The translations under genes and the position numbers were made by a program. The notes under the pieces were generated by a model. That model searched no databases, was not told the origin of the DNA, and saw only the letters and a program-made list of their open reading frames with translations. Below, in pieces: positions 37,093-39,570 of a stretch of DNA of 39,570 bases (positions are counted from its first letter, which is position 1; each line of letters opens with the position of its first letter). This DNA comes from Opitutaceae bacterium (GTDB lineage Bacteria > Verrucomicrobiota > Verrucomicrobiia > Opitutales > Opitutaceae): the NCBI GenBank assembly GCA_035648795.1, contig DASRKV010000032.1, positions 1 to 39,570 on the forward strand, in the 5' to 3' direction.

Positions 37093-39570
37093 ATGCGAAC
37101 CGACGCTAACGTTCCTCCTCTCACGCGGGCGCCTCCGGCCACCTTCGCCCCGCAATTGCAGACGATTGAAACCGCCGCCATCGCGGCGCGACGGTGCTTG
37201 ATCGCGGAGGATGCGCCCGAGGTGAAATTCGCGGATGGGGCGGTCGGCCTGGCGCTGTCGGGCGGAGGTATCCGGAGCGCGACGTTCAATCTCGGACTGC
37301 TCCAGGGCCTGGCACGTTGGCGGTTCCTGCGGCTCGTCGATTACCTGTCGACGGTTTCGGGCGGCGGCTACATCGGCGGATTTCTCGGCCGGTTTTATAC
37401 TCGGTTTGTGAACCGGCCGCAGGGGGCCGCCGATCTGGTGGAAGCGCGTCTCGCCGATCCGGCGTCGCCGGAGATCCGCTGGCTCCGGCAAAACGGCAAT
37501 TACCTCGCCCCGGGCGGCGTCGGCGACACGTGTTACAACGCGGCGTCTTTCCTCCGCAACTTCCTCACGGTGCATGCGGTGTTGGGGGTCGGCCTGTTCG
37601 CCGTTCTCGGCATGGCCAACCTGCTGCGCTTCGAATTCTTTCCCTGGCTGACCGAGGCGTGGTGCCGGATGATTCCGATGGACCCGGGCGGCGGCATGAG
37701 TCTGGCCATGGCGGATGAATTGCCGATCAACTACCTGTTACGCGCGGGGTGGGGATTGCTCTGGAGTCCGTGGTTCATCCTCGTGGAAGCCGTCATTCTG
37801 GTGGGCGGCCTGCCGCTGGCGCTGGCTTATTGGCTCGTGTCGCCGGATCAGCCGCAGGCCTTTCAACCCGCGGCGCTCAAGGCCACGCTGGTGCTCTGTG
37901 CCGCGCTGTTCGCCGTGGGGGCGGCGCCGGCCGACGCGCTGCGCTGGGCGCCGATGGTGGTCGCCGTTTCGATGCTGCTGAGCTTCGTTTATGTGGAAGC
38001 AGCGTGGCGGCGGGTGCGCCGCCGGTGTCCCGGCGGACTTCTGCAACCGGTCACGCGCCGCCAGGTGCGGGGCCTGCTCACCGCCTGGCTGGGTGCGGCA
38101 TTTTTCTGGGGGGTGATCGCGGTGGGCTTTGCTGCGCTCGATGCGGCCGGGTACGCATTGTACGGATGGGTCGACCGGCGGGAGGATTTTGCCCGCGTAT
38201 TGGGCCTGATCGGATCGGGACTCGCCGCGCTCTACCCCGTTCTGCGCTGGGGCACGGGCCGGCTGGCGCAAGCAGCCAGAACCCAGGGCAAGGGAAAAGG
38301 GGGCGGATGGTTCAATCTCCTGGTTCATCCTGCGGTGTTGCCATTGGCCGTCGCGGTACCGCCGTTGCTGCTGGTGAGCCTGGCCAGCCACGTGTTGTTT
38401 GCCCGCGGCGAGCACGGGGCGGCTGCGGTGGCGACGACGGGTGTTGCGCTCCTCCTCTCGGTCCTGCTCGGTCGGCAGGACGCGCGGCCGTTCGTCAACC
38501 GCTCGTCGTTCCAAAGCATTTATGCCGCCAGAATCTCCCGGGCCTACCTCGGAGCCTCGAACCATTTTCGCCTGGGCGGCGTCGAAGGACGGGATGTGAC
38601 GACCTCCGATCCGAACGACGACATCTGGCTGAATGGCTACCAGCCCGAAAACGCGGGCGGTCCGGTGCATCTGATCAATGTCTGCGTGGATGAGACGATC
38701 GAGTATTCCTCGCAGCGGTCGTTTCGGGACCGGCACGGCGAGAACATGGCGGTCGGACCCGCGGGCGTCAGCATCGGTGCGACATGGCATGCCACCTGGA
38801 GGCGCGCCCAGGGCCCGCGAGGCCCGGGCGGTGAGGCGGTGGCCGCGGACCCGGAAGATCTCCCGCATCCCCTGCGCGGGCCGCAACCGGGTCCGGTCAA
38901 AACAGAGCCGCTCTACCTGAGCGACTGGCTCGCGATCTCCGGGGTGGCGGCCAACCCGGGGCGCGGTCAGGGGGTGAAACCCGGATCAAGTCTGTTGTTT
39001 GGGATCGGCAACTTGCGTGCCGGCTATTGGTGGAACAGCGGTCTCGACGAATACGAACGGCCGGGCTTGGGGCGACCGACGCTGGGCTCGGCGCTGCGGA
39101 AACTTCCCGAACGGCTCTTTCGGACCCAGTTCTTTTTTCTGCGGGAGTTCACCGCGTCGTTCACCGGACCGTGGAGGCGCTATTGGCATCTGTCGGATGG
39201 AGGCAACTTCGAAAACCTGGGCGTCTACGAACTGATCCGGCGCCGGGTGCCATACATCATCGCGTCGGATGCCACTTACGACCCGAAAGGTCAGCAGGCC
39301 GATCTGGCCAACCTGTTGCGCAAGGTGCGGATCGATTTCGACGCGGAGGTGCAGTTCCTTTCCGCCGACGAAATCGCGGCGCTCCCGGTGCCTGACCAGG
39401 TCAAAACACGGCTGGGAACACCAACGGACCTGCGCGCGGCCGCCGATGGGAACGGCCGGTCCCGGAAACACGCGTCCCTTGCCCGCATCTTCTATGATGG
39501 CCGGAGCGAACCGGGCGGTGTGCTCCTGTATCTGCGCTCGGGACTGACCGGCGACGAGCCGGAAGACGTG
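37093..39570 (+). CDS. Partial CDS (826 codons; continues past the right edge): patatin/cPLA2-type phospholipase with a polytopic membrane insertion
   Basis: Not in the ORF track (no stop in the window); no other + ORF is listed in this frame. ATG 37093 lies 14 nt after the GMC stop. Oxyanion-hole motif LSGGGIRS (37261..37275). Nucleophile elbow STVSGGGY (Ser codon 37357..37359). SxxxP block ISGVAANPG. Catalytic Asp motif HLSDGGNFENLG (Asp codon 39196..39198). About 8 hydrophobic helices lie between the Ser and the Asp. Confidence 0.85.
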   Translation, partial: MRTDANVPPLTRAPPATFAPQLQTIETAAIAARRCLIAEDAPEVKFADGAVGLALSGGGIRSATFNLGLLQGLARWRFLRLVDYLSTVSGGGYIGGFLGRFYTRFVNRPQGAADLVEARLADPASPEIRWLRQNGNYLAPGGVGDTCYNAASFLRNFLTVHAVLGVGLFAVLGMANLLRFEFFPWLTEAWCRMIPMDPGGGMSLAMADELPINYLLRAGWGLLWSPWFILVEAVILVGGLPLALAYWLVSPDQPQAFQPAALKATLVLCAALFAVGAAPADALRWAPMVVAVSMLLSFVYVEAAWRRVRRRCPGGLLQPVTRRQVRGLLTAWLGAAFFWGVIAVGFAALDAAGYALYGWVDRREDFARVLGLIGSGLAALYPVLRWGTGRLAQAARTQGKGKGGGWFNLLVHPAVLPLAVAVPPLLLVSLASHVLFARGEHGAAAVATTGVALLLSVLLGRQDARPFVNRSSFQSIYAARISRAYLGASNHFRLGGVEGRDVTTSDPNDDIWLNGYQPENAGGPVHLINVCVDETIEYSSQRSFRDRHGENMAVGPAGVSIGATWHATWRRAQGPRGPGGEAVAADPEDLPHPLRGPQPGPVKTEPLYLSDWLAISGVAANPGRGQGVKPGSSLLFGIGNLRAGYWWNSGLDEYERPGLGRPTLGSALRKLPERLFRTQFFFLREFTASFTGPWRRYWHLSDGGNFENLGVYELIRRRVPYIIASDATYDPKGQQADLANLLRKVRIDFDAEVQFLSADEIAALPVPDQVKTRLGTPTDLRAAADGNGRSRKHASLARIFYDGRSEPGGVLLYLRSGLTGDEPEDV

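Noticed and set aside
37194-39547. All listed ORFs in this span on both strands (for example 37749..38693 +, 37738..38886 -, 38986..39471 -)
   Set aside because: They are off-frame or antisense to the unlisted open frame 37093..39570, which carries the patatin motifs and coherent TM helices.

Overview
A 39.6 kb, visibly high-GC bacterial chromosomal segment. The envelope looks Gram-negative (lipobox lipoproteins, a BON/OsmY-like protein, an L,D-transpeptidase). Start codons mostly lack Shine-Dalgarno motifs, which would fit a Verrucomicrobiota/PVC- or Bacteroidota-like lineage, but I cannot verify the taxon. All calls rest on reading the ORF translations, motif recognition and by-eye DNA comparison; no searches were run.

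Most genes are housekeeping: menD, dxs-xseB, an M48/Ste24-like protease, an EEP nuclease/phosphatase, hemW, an M23 peptidase, lipA-lipB, an MgtC/DUF4010 membrane protein, lysS, a sucA-sucB-lpdA operon and an L,D-transpeptidase.

Three accessory-looking modules stand out:
1. 1.3-2.4 kb: a lower-GC islet with a CPBP/Abi protease and two tandem double-glycine-leader peptides (bacteriocin/microcin-like). An orphan LuxR-type response regulator lies next to it.
2. 19.85-20.94 kb: an orphan T4-gp19-type phage tail-tube gene followed by a small multi-TM protein, wedged between housekeeping genes.
3. 32.5 kb to the right edge: a tightly spaced co-directional trio of a membrane-anchored di-haem (2x CxxCH) protein, a GMC flavoenzyme and a patatin/cPLA2-type lipase. 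In the lipase, about 610 residues carrying about 8 hydrophobic helices separate the Ser and Asp halves of the catalytic dyad.

The lipase gene and a glycosyltransferase-like gene at the left edge are absent from the ORF track because they run off the window.

The window also holds at least four families of palindromic or dispersed repeats. One copy sits in-frame inside menD. A 110-nt pair brackets the M23 peptidase gene.

Other scars are a relic copy of the lpdA 3' end marking a rearrangement around a cytochrome-c/PQQ dehydrogenase gene, and a probable frameshifted lipoprotein gene.

I recognised no tRNA, rRNA, CRISPR array, transposase or integrase. Many long ORFs in the track are antisense shadows typical of high-GC DNA and were rejected.
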